A stretch of DNA of 64,000 nt, from contig NW_021832839.1 of assembly GCF_006345805.1 (NCBI RefSeq), forward strand, positions 33,437 through 97,436. Direction: 5' to 3'. Both the position numbers and the translations under genes were made by a program. The notes beneath the pieces are model-generated. The model was not told the origin of the DNA. It saw nothing but the letters and a program-made list of their open reading frames with translations, and did no database searches. Every line of letters begins with the position of its first letter. The stretch's first letter is position 1. Origin of the DNA: Octopus sinensis (taxonomy: Eukaryota). Shown here piece by piece: positions 24,750-38,000 of this stretch.

Positions 24750-26350
24750 GTTTTATACGTAAATCACATAGCTGATCCCTAAGAAGGACGTGTGTGACTC
24801 CCCCAAGGATTTGAGGCCAATCTATGCCGAATTTATATAAGTTGACAACGAAATGTGTAAACATAAAGTTGTCAGAGTATATTGATGCTTTCGGATAAGT
24901 GACAATCAACTGGGCACAAGAAGAATGTGCAAAAGAACAAGCCATAATCAATCAGATCATGTTTTCTTAGACTATTTGTTACAAAAGTCTGGACTTGCTT
25001 ATTGGATTGTCTGCTTTATTCAGAGTCTTATTAACAAATGGAAAATACGATTGACTTTTGAAAATAAATCATTGGGTCAAGTAAAAATAAGAAGAGGAAT
25101 TTTGCAAGGAGACTTTGTCGCCACAGATCTTTGTGTTGGTATTGGACCCTTTGAGTCGAATGTTAAATGGAAAATGCCCGAAAGTAACAATGGGGAATCG
25201 GATACCGATACTTAGGAGTTCTTGAAGATATGAACAGTAATGTCCTTAAAAAAGAAATTATGGGGAAAATTTATAATGAGGCATCCACTCGGATTAAGAC
25301 GGAATTAAACTCTGTGAATTTATTTAAGGCGATAAACGAATTTTCACTCTCTCTATATAAATGATTGATATCGAGCCAGGGGAATTTGAACAAATTGACA
25401 AAAATGTCAGCAGAATTCTTACGGAGAGCCATATTCACATGCAACCGGCAAACAAAGAAAGACTATATTTACCAAGAAATAAACTTGGAAGAGGTCTCGA
25501 GTGTGTCAGTAACAAATCTGAACGAATGCTATTCCAATTTTATCATGACTTGAAGCATAAAGCCGATTACTGCCTAAGAAGAGAGGGAATTCTACGGGTC
25601 GTCAATTCACAGAAAACTCACATTGCCACTATCGTAGAATTCATATCCCGAAAGTACAATATCAAAAATATAAATGAACTGACAATAACTAAATTGGTGG
25701 AATTGAACATGAATATCTAATGAGGCAGATTGAAACTAAGCCACTGCATTCTATTCTTTTCCAGTGTTTGAAGGACACTGAAGTTAATGAATCGCAGGAT
25801 GGGTAGTTCATGGAAATAACTCGCCAATTAAGTTGTGGAAATTCGAGTGGACAGAACTATTTCTACGGATACGGCTGTTTCAAACAATAAACCAGATATT
25901 TTTGTCCATGACAAGATGAGGAATACAATTACACTCATTGAAGTTGGGATTACCTCACAAAATTGCCTAAAGCAAGTTGAAGTGGAAAAGTTCCACAAAT
26001 ATGACCTTTGGCAAATGAATTAGGGGCGATTCATCGGGCTAGAGTGAAGATAATCCCTGTTGTACTTACTCGGGATGGAATTGTCTCAAAATTCTTCAAA
26101 AGTAATCTGGATTCTATCGCAGTGGAAGACAGAGTGAAGGCATATATTCAAACACTCGTTTTAAGAAAAACATTGGAGAGTATGCAGGTGGAGACAAGAC
26201 ATGGAATATCGGTTCCCGGAGAGGAGCATGCAGTGATTGAATGTCAACCGAAGGATTCTTCTCTACCAGGAATACGTGTACCGACTATGATAGTTGGGCA
26301 TAAGAGACGAAGACTGTCCTAAATATAGATGCTTAAAAAAATGCTATTAT
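24750..26350 (+). mobile_element. Decayed R4/Dong non-LTR retrotransposon (RT plus RLE)
   Basis: IRRGILQGD, ERLYLPRNKLGRGL, KPDIFVHDK..LIEVGIT and IIPVVLTRDG; many frameshifts. Confidence 0.88.
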
Positions 26351-26408
26351 AAATTTTTATTACTCAATAAAATTATTAACCTATATGTTAATTTGTAATT
26401 ACTACTAT

Positions 26409-27721
26409 ATGTCACTGAGAAAACTGTTCACTAAAAATTCCAACCAACGCCAATCTCTACCCAAAAACAAAATAATTGTGTTTGATTCCGGCCCTGTCAC
26501 AATTGACAGTGTGATTGGCTACGGTGATAAGAATATGTGTTAGTCACAGGCGGCTATTCGGTCATTTTTGCTGCCAAACGAAAGAAAGGCAATACCATGG
26601 CCCTCAAACAGTCCAACGTGAACACGGAAGCCAATCTAAACAGCTGCATTATGGAAATAAACGTGATGGTTTGTCCATTTCTTCATCCCAGAAAAAGTGC
26701 AGTCATCCCAACATCATTAAATACGTCGACAGTCATTACACCAAAATCGATTCCTTTCGTTCAGAAGTCTTTCTTTTGATGGAGTTGTGCAAAAGTGCTG
26801 GTTTTGTTTATTTTGTAGAAAGTGTGTTTCAGTTGTTGGAGGAGAATGCAGTCAAAGGACTCAAAGACGACCTCATTCTTCGAATCCTCAGAGACCTTTG
26901 CAGTGGACTGTCAGTCCTCCACGACAACTCTCCGCCAATCATCAACCGAGACATCAAAGTAGTGTTTCCCTCGTGTCCAGGCCGAGAATGTGTTGATAAA
27001 CTCAAAAGGAGATTTTGTCCTCTGCGATTTTGGGAGTGCTGTGTACGAGACTCCCCTCGACGAGAATATGGACATTTCGGACATTTCTCAACTGGAGGAA
27101 GAGATCGCCCAGTTGTTGTGTGTCTCACAGTCGCAGAGCCACCACCTCGGGGTACCGACCCCCGGAAATGGTCGATTTGTACAGCGGAGAACACATTTCC
27201 TGCAAAGCTGACATTTGGGTTGTGCAGAGTTGTTGATTCGACTAGGCTGTGGGGTGTCTGCTCTTTCAGTTATGTTTTGTCGCCATGCCCTTCCAAGAGA
27301 ACAAATTGGCCATTTTGTCAGCCAAATATTCGTTTCCCAAACCCTGCAATGCCCTGTTTGAGAGTGTCATTGGTCAGTTCTGTGGTCACTCACTTCCGTA
27401 GGGGACTGTCTCCAGGTCTCTCCCGCGAGTAGACCAAGTGTGGGGGACATTCTCAACTGCCTTAAGACTTGCACTTTGTCGAAGAAAGGCTCGAAAAAAA
27501 CTAGTTTTCGCTTTATAAAACAAAAATCCGTTGATGTGAATGTTTATTGGTAGTTTGATCAGAAGCAAGTCCCCGATGATGTTTTTGAAGCAGCTCCTTT
27601 TGATTTTCCTCCAAATCCGTGGCCTTTGGACGAATCGGAGTTTGTGGCACAGGATGAGGGTGGACTCAACCCGTTTATGAACGAAGATGGATGTGTGAAC
27701 GAGTCATTTAAAGATTCATGA
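26409..27721 (+). CDS. NAK-family (AAK1/BMP2K-like) Ser/Thr kinase
   Basis: GYGGYSVIF, ALK, HPNIIKY, PPIINRDIK, LCDFGSA, TTSGYRPPEMVDLY and KADIW; C-terminal DVFEAAPF and NPF motifs. Confidence 0.85.
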
Positions 27722-28199
27722 CCTAACTTGACATATTTGTTTTATTAATTATATTTGTTATTTTTATTGGAACATTCATGTTCTGTTGACGCGACTGTAT
27801 CCCTAACAATATAACGGAGTCCATTGGCTTATATAGTCATAGGAATGGAATAGTTTTTTAAGACTCCGGGTTCGGGCACGCTCGTTTTTAGGCCAATTTT
27901 CTGAAATAAGTAATTTTCAAAGGCAGACTAGATATTTCACGACCCGGAACGGGGAATTTTTAATATTCAATTTTGCATTTTTAAAATTTTTTTAAAAAAT
28001 TAACTCAAATGTATGTTGGTAACATCAATTCAATAATCGTTTAATATTTGACGATAAAAAATGAAACAGTTAAAGTAACGAGAAAATTGGATAAATTAAA
28101 AATTGTGACGCTATAATAACAGAAAATTGGGTTTCTTGTAGGCTTAAAACCACGGAAATTCCTTCAGTTCAAAGGAACTGGGATAATATTTATTGCTCA

Positions 28200-28500
28200 C
28201 ACATACTTGAAAATATTCGATTACACGTCGAACAGTCTTAATTGGCAAGTATTAATTGAGTTTGTCACCGATCTTGACAGCCGGTATGTTTCTGAACAAC
28301 GAATCAGTCGCCATCGATATACGCTTTGCATTGAGATTTGCCAGCCTCATCGTTGCAGGTGTGGCAAACTCGTCGACAGGAGAACAATACAATTGTTGCT
28401 TCATCCCCTTGGCCTTCGAAACCAGTCGGATAATTGATGAAAAAGCCCTCAAGCTTTTCTCAGAAATTGGTTTAATCAATTTTGAAAATTATTAGTCAAT
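28200..28500 (+). mobile_element. RLE-type (CRE-like) non-LTR relic
   Basis: PHRCRCGKLVD and FIPLAFETS motifs. Confidence 0.5.
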
Positions 28501-28849
28501 TATCCATTTTTTTCAATTTTTACATTTTTTGTAAAATTAATCCGAAAGTCGTTTTTTATTCATTGAGCCGAAAATCGTAATTTTCGTAAAATGAAGGAGA
28601 TACTTGAAAATTTTCTTAACATTTCGTTTACGACATGTTTATTAGTTCTTTATAATGGTGTCCTCAATTGTTACGGGATCACAAATCTTTTCAATATGAT
28701 TCCAACAGTTCAATATTAAATGTTCCTCTACTCTTAGAAATGAATTCATCATAAATTCAGTATGTATAAATTAGAATTAGTTGCTCCTAAAAACAACCAA
28801 AATCTCCTCAAGGCCTCGCTATCTCTCAATGATCTTTTTTTTAAATCCG

Positions 28850-29600
28850 TTAAGCGACAACTCGCCTGTAGACGAGTTGTCGCCTAACTCGCCTAAATTT
28901 ATTTGGCGACAACTCGTCTACAAAGAAAAATATTTTAAGGGTAAATAAAATAAAATTTTAAAACAATTACTTTTTATTCTGAACTTTTAAAGCAAACCAA
29001 ACCATCTATTAGCTTAAAATAGCAATCTACTTCAAATTCATGAAAATTTTAACATGCTATTCTCAGTTCAAGTTCCTTTTGCAGTCTGTCGCAGACACTT
29101 CAAGATACCTTCCTGACTTAATTTGTGTTATATCACAAAAAGTCTTTGTTCTTCATTGGCCAAAACATTGACAAAAGCTGCCAAATTTGGGTTCTCTCTG
29201 TTAAACGAATTGTTCAACAGCTAATGCTAACCTTTTAATGAATTAGTTGTCCTAGGCATTGACTTTAATACCTGATGAAAACAACTCCAAAAACAAGATG
29301 GGTCAGCAATAAAATGTTTTTTAGAATAAATCAAAAAATTCATTATTTTTTGGTTGTTTTCTTTTCCTGTCGCATCAAGAGAAAATTTTTCAAATTCCAA
29401 TAAAACATTTTCCACAGGGATGAAAGCTAAATAGTAGCATTTCCTCAATAATTTTCGTTCCCACGATAAAACGTCTTTGTAGGCTCACACAAGACCGAGA
29501 CATTGTATTTTCCGCATAGGATTTGACCGAAATGGAAATTACAGCCAATTACATTAGACGACGAAAAAATTAGACGGCATCTTTCTGGTCAGATGCTTTT
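28850..29600 (-). mobile_element. Mutator/MULE transposase relic with a palindromic terminus
   Basis: GCNFHFGQ, LAFIP and PRTTNSL motifs; inverted repeats at 28855-28922. Confidence 0.7.
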
Positions 29601-29869
29601 TATCTTATGATCCTCAAAGGGGCCATGATTATGAGCATTTTTTGTACTCAACTTGTTTTAAGCATCCACCGTGCACCTCGCCCTGCATTCTCGACTTCTG
29701 CACCTCCAATAGGTAAGACCGTGTTTTTTCTAAAAAAAACCAAAATCTCCTCAAGGCCTCGCTATCTCTCAATGATCTTTTTTTTAAATCAGAGTGATTT
29801 CCCGATAAATCCCGAGGTCTCTACCGTAATCGGCATGAAAGGGTGATCTTTTGATGAATATTCAACGGA

Positions 29870-31000
29870 GACTATTTTATTTATAGGGTAGTGTCCCCAC
29901 GTCTTATTTGGGGAAGATGCTACGGAGGGTTGAGTTTATTAGCAGTTAATAGAGGGTGTGATCTGCTGGTCGTCGCTTCCCTTCCCCAGACAAGTAGTGT
30001 TCACACACCTGCTTCCGATTTGACAAATTTTGTTGTCTTACTAATGCACTCGTCTAACCAAAACTTTTATTTAAAGTACGACTCAGAAACAGTTTTATTG
30101 CTTTTGGGGTGACCAGAGTTGTGAAGTATCATTTTGAACATTTTATCAACGTATAGTTTGTTATTGTTGTAGTACTCCTCTCTGCTTTTTGCAGTGTCAC
30201 TACAATTACTCACAGACATACATCTGCTGGGTGATGTCACGCACTTTATTTCCCTGTTTTCTGCTATGTTTCAACTCGTCTCTCAATTCGCGTATTTTCT
30301 GACGAATTTTCATTTGGCTCTCCTCATTGTCCGACTCTAACTCCGCCATTTTGGATGCCAGCCGGTCTCTTTCCTTCCTGGTCCTGATTTCGTCTTCTCG
30401 TAAACTATTGAGTTTCTTTCTGTGCCACATTTGAGAGCGTTGGATTGCATTCTATTTATGCCCGTATCCATGGAATATACCACACCACTATTCTTGGTTG
30501 ACTGGTTATTTTATTGGTCATTAATCATGTGCTTGATCAAGTGAGGACAGAGGTTGGCTTCCGCCTTTATTTATATGAAATCAAAGACCGCCGTCAGTCC
30601 TGGGATTCCCTCAAGCAAACATACCAAATCCAAAAAGATGAAGCATAGCTAACAACATTGAGACACCACAGTCTCTCCAGAATAGTAGAAGGCCAGCAAA
30701 AGTGCCCCATCATCCTCGACTTTCGGGGAGGACATTATCAAAGAAATCTGTCGGAGGAACAAATGTTGTCCCACTCTCTCTTTATGCTAATATTTAACCA
30801 GATTTGGTGGGCGCTGATCTGGCCGATATTACACAGGATGACTAAACACCTTCTTTTCGAAAAAAGAAAAAGGGAAACTTCCCTGTCCAACTGGGGTGCT
30901 CCCGAGAATCTATCCTTATTAAATGGCAATAGAATATTCTGTTGACCTCATACCTTAGAGTAGAACGTCTCCTTTCTCGCGTTAATGTCTGACCTCATAT
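29870..31000 (-). CDS. Hypothetical intron-containing gene(s) with a coiled-coil segment
   Basis: Charged helical ORF 30206-30430 and GC-richer exon-like blocks; no family recognised. Confidence 0.35.
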
Positions 31001-31074
31001 CCCTGGCTATATAATGCTAGTTTATCGTAACAATTAGCAGAAGAGTTTATTAAATAAATTGAAAATATAAAAAA

Positions 31075-31948
31075 TCATAATTGAGAAGGACGACAGACAA
31101 CGTGAAGAAATCCGTCTGGGTAGAGCATATTCTCAACCAACCACCGAATACTCACAGTGAGGGGGACGATTACTCCGTGAATCAACCAATCCAGACCTTC
31201 CCCCTCCAACTGGACTAAAAATAGTCACAACTAGTCTACAAGTCCGGATAATCTCCCCAAATGTAGACTCATCGATGCGATGGGAGATCTGTCGGTACTC
31301 ATCCCTCCCCGTCTACTCTCTCTCCACACCACCAACCCTGTAAACTCGGAGGGGCACCCGAGAAGTGGAATGGTCGACAGTCCTAATCTGCCGAGCCAGT
31401 GTGTTGTACCCTCCAAAATCACCTGGAAATAAAGACAGACAACCAACCCTGCAGAAGGCAGTGCCACAACTGACTCTTGTCGTTGAAGGTCATTCTGTTT
31501 TGGACAGCGAAGGTGTCTAGAAGGCAGGCAGCCTCTTTGAGTGTGTGGAAATACAGTCGGCTCATTGCCTCGTCGGACTGGACGTAGATTATGTTGGCCA
31601 GTGGGTAGTTCTGGAATACTCGGAGACCACCACCTCCACATGCAGTCGGAGACTCCACACGGTGGATCCGCCGTACAGGTCGTGGAGGAGACCGGTCGGG
31701 TAGTCCCAGCGGATTGCCCTCCCTTTCCATTCCAGCCACATTTGCTTGGAATATTCCTTCAATTTGTCTTCTCTGATGGAATGGAAAAAGTGGGAGAGCA
31801 GTTCCTTCTTGAGGAGGACGAGGTAGGACACTCGGGGGAGAAGAGCAATGTAGGGAAGGCACATCTTGGACTCGACTTGGTTGCTGAGGTTGATAGAAAC
31901 TGTAATTCTCTGATTCCAAATTTCTGTTTGTATTTCAGTGGAGTCCAT
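31075..31948 (-). CDS. ATG5: Autophagy protein 5
   Basis: IWNQRI, LLPRVSYL, MWLEW..IRWDYPTGLLHDL, TLKEA and C-terminal YPDGFLHV. Confidence 0.92.
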
Positions 31949-32026
31949 TTTTGGTCAAACTAGATAAACCGAATAAATTATATTTATTTAAAAATATATT
32001 AATAACATTATATTAAACTCGTGGTG

Positions 32027-35000
32027 ATGGATAGACTGCTCTATGCAATTTCTCTCCTCAGAAACGAGGAGACCGACGAGGACATTGATCCCCGTTTTTT
32101 CCGTCGTTCGCCCAATTCCTGGCACTCCTTCTCCACTCACCTGAGAATGTCCTCGTTATTCGACCGCACATTCCTGGAAAGGGCACTCAGGGACATACTC
32201 AATGTGGCACATCAAAGTTAGTTCAGTCATTTCAAATTAGTTTCCACCAACCAAGTCGAGCAAGTGGCACTATTTATTGCCCACAGTCTGTGGACCGTCG
32301 ACTTTCTCTCTCCACAAGTTCTCCTCTCAATCAACCAGAATGAGTATATCCACCACGTCTCCGCCAAACAACTCGAATCTATTTTTAAGGACATCCAAGT
32401 CCTCAGAAAATGTCCACTTCCAGCCTCAAATGGACCGAATCCCACAAGTAAGGTCACTGACCAACCCAGTCGAGACCGGACTGAGGGACCGCACCTTCCA
32501 CGTGACCGACATTGGTCTCAGTTCGGAGTCGGAAGAGTCGGGGACGGAAAACTGCGGAAAAGGGTGGCTGAGGTCGTCGCTCGAGGAGTTCAAAAACGTC
32601 GACTTTTCCGCGGAGGAAATCCACGGTTTGGTGATTGGTATTCTCTCGTCGACGGAAAACGTGGAGGAAATACAAAATCACGTTTTTTGAGATATATTTT
32701 GGTAGTTGTTTGATCTGTTGGGGTTTGAGGGGTTTGATTTGATTGTGAGAATAATCTCAAATCGTGATTCTCTCGTCAGTCCCCCTGAAGCTGTTTCCAG
32801 AACTAAAAAAACCAAAAAACCCATCAAATCCCAGCCAAAAAACAAGCAAACTTGTTCGACCATTCCTTCACTCCTCGAAATCCGGTTTTCCTGTTTTGAA
32901 TATTCCAGAAAGTACATTTCCCAGACAGGCCAGGTGTGTCTGCCGAATGTGTTCGATTCGAATGTCTACCAACAAAACGACCTCGTTTGTCCATGTGGTA
33001 AAACTGACAGAAACTGCCCGTTTCGTCAGTCCATCGAAACACTGAGAAATACGAACGTTTTGACGTGTTTCCCCCCGAATCAGCCGGGAAGGACCAATTT
33101 TCAATAACGAATGTTCCACGGCTGTTGATAGAGGACTTGGATGATGTATTGGACGAGTGTGACTCCCAGATGGTGCAGAGGGCATTCCAGGGAGTGCCAG
33201 CTCTCAACTGCATTCAGTCGACTGTCTTTGAGACTGTGATGAACAGTCAGGAGAATGTGCTCATTTCTGCCCCCACGGGAGCTGGAAAGACCAACATTGC
33301 CCTGTTGGCCATCCTCAGTAGACTCAGGGATCACATAAATCACCGGAAACTGCCCATCGAGGATTTAAAAGTGGTCTACATCGCCCCAATGAAGGCCTTG
33401 GCTTCCGAGATTACTGCCAAATTCGCAGATCGACTAACCCCGTTTGGATTGTCAGTCCGCGAGTTGACAGGAGACATGCAACTGACGAGGAAAGAAGTGT
33501 CTTTGACTCAGGTGTTGTCCAAATGTGGATATTCAGGTATTTGTGGTCACCCCGGAGAAACTGGACGTGGTGTCGCGGAAGGACGTGGACATTGGAATGA
33601 CGGACAGTCTCTCTATTCTCTCCAAAATGACTCTCCTTGTCATCGACGAACTTCAACTACTGGCGGACACTCGTGGATCAGTTTTGGAGACACTCGTCGC
33701 CAGAATTCTACGACTGGTGGAGAGCAGTCAGCGTGTGATCAGGATTGTGGGACTGTCGGCCACTCTCCCCAACTATTTGGACATTGCTTCCTTTCTGCGA
33801 GTCAATTTTAGTAGTGGACTGTTCGTGTTTGATGGGAGGTTTCGTCCTGTGCCCCTCACGCAGTCCCTCGTGGGGGTCAAGACGCATTTTCCCCGAGAGA
33901 CTGAGAAGAATATAAACCACATCTGTTTTAACGAAGTCACTCGTTTTGTGGGGGGAGGCCATCAGGTTGGGCAGTGGATATACCCAAGGTCATGGTTTTT
34001 GTCACTTCGAGGAACGGAACTGTCAAAACAGCCACCACTCTTCTGGAAATGGCCGAAACTGGAGGCCAGACTGGGCTGTTCGTTGTCCCTCCGTCTCCAG
34101 CACTTGCCCTGGCCATTAAACACGTAGAGGCTAATCTGGACTTGTTAGATGGACAAGTCTCGAATGAGTGAACTTGGTCGTCTGTTCCGAGCTGGGTTTG
34201 CAGTCCACCACGCGGGGATGAGTCGTTCTGACCGAAATGCAGTAGAAAAGTACTTTCGAGAAGGACTGGTGAAATGTCTCGTGTGCACTGCCACGTTAGC
34301 TTGGGGAGTCAATTTGCCTGCCCACGCTGTCATCATCAAGGTTGAGAGACCTGCTTGAGTGGAAGGGAACTAACATTTATGACTCAAAGTCGAGTTCCTT
34401 TGTGGACATGAGTGTTCTGGATGTCCTGCAGATATTCGGGAGAGCAGGGAGGCCTCAGTACGACGAGTCCGGACAGGGGATACTCATCACTGAACACTCC
34501 TCACTCTCCTCCTACCTGCAGGTGGTTGGGGCCAACTCCCCCATCGAAAGTCGTTTCCTCGAGACAATCGACGACAATTTGAACGCAGAAGTATTGAATG
34601 TGTCCAAAGGGGACTAGATTGTGTTGGGGACAGTCAGCAATGTCAGTGAAGCCATTCAGTGGCTTAAATACAGCTATTTCTACGTCCGTCTTCTGGCCAA
34701 TCCCACCGTCTATGGAGCTTCCTATGCCCAGTTGCTGGTTGTCTCCTGTCCTCAACTCAGATGGACAACACACTGTCGGACCACTGCAGACAAATCATCA
34801 CCAAGGCAGGACACTCTCTGGACGGAGCTCAAATGATTCGATTCGACGAGGTGCACTCTTATTTCTTTTCGACTGATTTGGGGCGGACTGCCTCCCATCT
34901 GTACATCAGCACTGCCACTATTCGAGTAGAGTTGGCAGTTCAGTGTAGATCATCAATGACACTTTTAATGACAAGGTCGACCAGAAGGGGGTTCTTTCCG

Positions 35001-38000
35001 TCATTGCCTCAGCCACGGAGTTTGACCAGATCAAAGTGAGGGTTGAGGAGTGCGACGAACTGGAAATGTTGGAAAAGTGTTGTCCCTACGCTCTCTCCAC
35101 ATCCGCCCTGTCCAAGGAGGGGAAGGTCAACCTGTTGTTGCAGGCCTACATCTGCCAATTTGACCTCAGGACATCTTCTCTCCTTTCAGACCAACAGTAT
35201 TGTGTGCAGGTATTGACAGTGGTCGACCTGGAAGAACGCCAGTCGACTAGCCCGGGCACTCTTCGAAGTTGCCGACCGAAATGGTTGGGCCAACTGTTCG
35301 TGGATTGTCCTCTCGTTCGGACAGTGTCTGGATCGAAGGCAGTGGACATTTGAATCCCCTTTGAAACAATTCGACGAGTTGTCCTCCACTGTTTTGGGAC
35401 ACATAAGGCGGACCAGACTCGACTATGACCGAATTGAGAGCATGGAAGCAAAGGAGATAGGTTGGGTGGTGTATTGAGGACAGGCGTGGTCGTGCATAAT
35501 GTCGACTGTGGTCGGGTAGTCAAACAACTCAACTCGTCATTGCCCATGGTTGAGGTGGAGGCGACAATCCAGCCAATCACCCACACAATTCTTCGCATCC
35601 GAGTGGACGTCACTCCTTCTTTCCGGTGGAACGACAAGGTGAGTATTCTCCACATGTCCAGTTTCATGGAATAGAGTCGGCTTCCTCTGAGATATATCAG
35701 ATTTGGGTGACCGACGTCGAGAGCGACCGTATTTACCACTCGGAGACACTCTGCATTAAAAAGAAGCAAGTCATTTCGAAGGAGGTCGTCCATTTGGTGT
35801 TGACTGTGCCCATATTCGAGCCAATTCCTCCGCAGTACTTTGTGCATGTCGTCTCCAATCGGTGGATTGGGGTGGCCACGACTTGTCCCGTCTCCTTCGA
35901 CAAGCTGATTCTCCCAGACTCGTCGTATTCCCACACGGAGTTACTCGACCTCCAGCCACTGCCTGTGACTGCCCTGGGAAATAAGGAATTCGAGTCTCTG
36001 TACACGTTCAGTCACTACAACCCCATCCAAACACAGGTCTTCCACACAGTCTACCACACCGACCACAATGTGCTTTTGGGGGCACCCACTGGCTCGGGGA
36101 AGACCAATGTGGCTGAAATGGCCATTTTACGTGTTTTCCGCAAATACCCTTCATGTCAGGTATTCCTTTCACTGTAATATAGTGCGTGTATATTGCCCCT
36201 CTCAAAGCACTTGTCCGAGAGAGATTGGCTGACTGGAGTGGACGAATAGGCCAAAAATTGAACAAGAGGTGGTGATTAGACTGAACATTGACAAGGGTGG
36301 TGGAATTGACGGGAGACACCAGTCCCGACGGGGATGTCCTGCGACGGGCCGACCTGATTGTGACGACGCCTGAGAAGTGGGACGGGATTAGTCGTAGTTG
36401 GCAGTGTCGCAGTTATGTCCGGAATGTGGCACTCATTTGCATCGACGAAATACACCTGCTTGGTTGGCTTCTCTGTTTTCCTACTGAAGGGGAGGAGAGG
36501 GGACCAGTCCTCGAAGTCATTTTGTTTCGACTTAATTTTATTGCTCACGAAACACGTCAGAATGTGCGTGTTATTGGTTTGTCGACTGCCCTGGCTAATG
36601 CGATTGACATTGCCACTTGGCTGTCCATCCCCAAACAAGGATTGTTCAACTTCCGTCCGTCCAGTCCCCCTGGAAGCACACATCTTTGGGTTCCCAGGGA
36701 AGCACTACTGTCCTCGCATGGCCTCGATGAACCGAGCCTGTTTCCGAGGCCATCCAAGTGCACTCCCCCAACAAGCCTGTCCTCATTTTTGTGTCCTCTC
36801 GGAGACAGACTCGACTGACTGCGTTGGCCTTGGTCTCTCTTCTGGCCTCCGAGTCTGATAACCTTCGATCGTGGCTGCATACGTCTGAATCGGAGGTTGT
36901 TGGGGAGTTTGTGAGTACTTAGATCGAGTCTCTCAAGGTGGAGGACGCCAACCTAAGTTTAACACTCCCCTTCGGAGTGGGGATCCACCACGCAGGGTTG
37001 GTCACCTCGGATAGGGAATTGACAGAAAGACTGTTTGTTAGTTCAAAAATCCAAGTTTGTGGGATGTTTGATTGGCAGATTCTCGTGTCGACAGCAACTC
37101 TGGCCTGGGGGGTCAACTTCCCGGCACATCTTGTCATTGTGAAGGGGACGGAATACTTTGACGGGGCGACCAAGAAATATGTCGATTTCCCCGTGACGGA
37201 CCTCCTCCAGATGATGGGGAGGGCAGGTCGTCCCCAGTTCGACCAGTGTGGAGTCGCCTGTATTTTCGTCCAAGATATCAAAAAGATTTTTTATAAAAAG
37301 TTTTTGTACGATCCTTTCCCGGTCGAGTCAAAGTACTCTTTTTTATGTCACAAAGTCTTTCCGCCGTTCTCCCCGAACATATCAATGCAGAGGTCGTGGC
37401 AGGGACAGTTCGTAGTCTTCAAGAAGGAGTTGACTTTCTGACCTGGACGTACTTTTACCGTCGAATTCTGAGCAACCCAAAGTTGTTGTTCTTTGGCTAT
37501 TCAAGTTATTATGATCTGAATTCGGTCGAGCCGGAGAACGTGAGTTCCCACTTGTCCCAACTGGTGGAGACGTCTGTGTCGACTCTGTGTTGTCATCATT
37601 GCGTGGAAGTGGACGAGGAGGGAGGGTATTCCCCTCTCCCGGCGGGGTCGATCTGCTCGTTCTACTACCTGGACCACCGGACGATGGGCATGTTCGTGGA
37701 GAATGTGGTGGAAGACATGTCCTTTGACTGTCTCATATACACTCTCTCGGTTGGCTTCTTTCACTCACACATAAAGATGGCCAAAGAGTTTGATGAGATT
37801 CCAGTGAGACATAACGAGGATAAACTCAATGCTGAGTTGGCCGGGGAGTTGTCGTTGAGTGTGAAAGACCCAGAATCCCCCAACACGAAGGCCTTTCTCC
37901 TCCTCCACGCCCATTTGACTCGACATTGCTTTTCCTGCGTGGATTACGTGACGGATTGCAGGACAGTGGTCGATCAGACTATTCGAATTCTACAAGCTCT

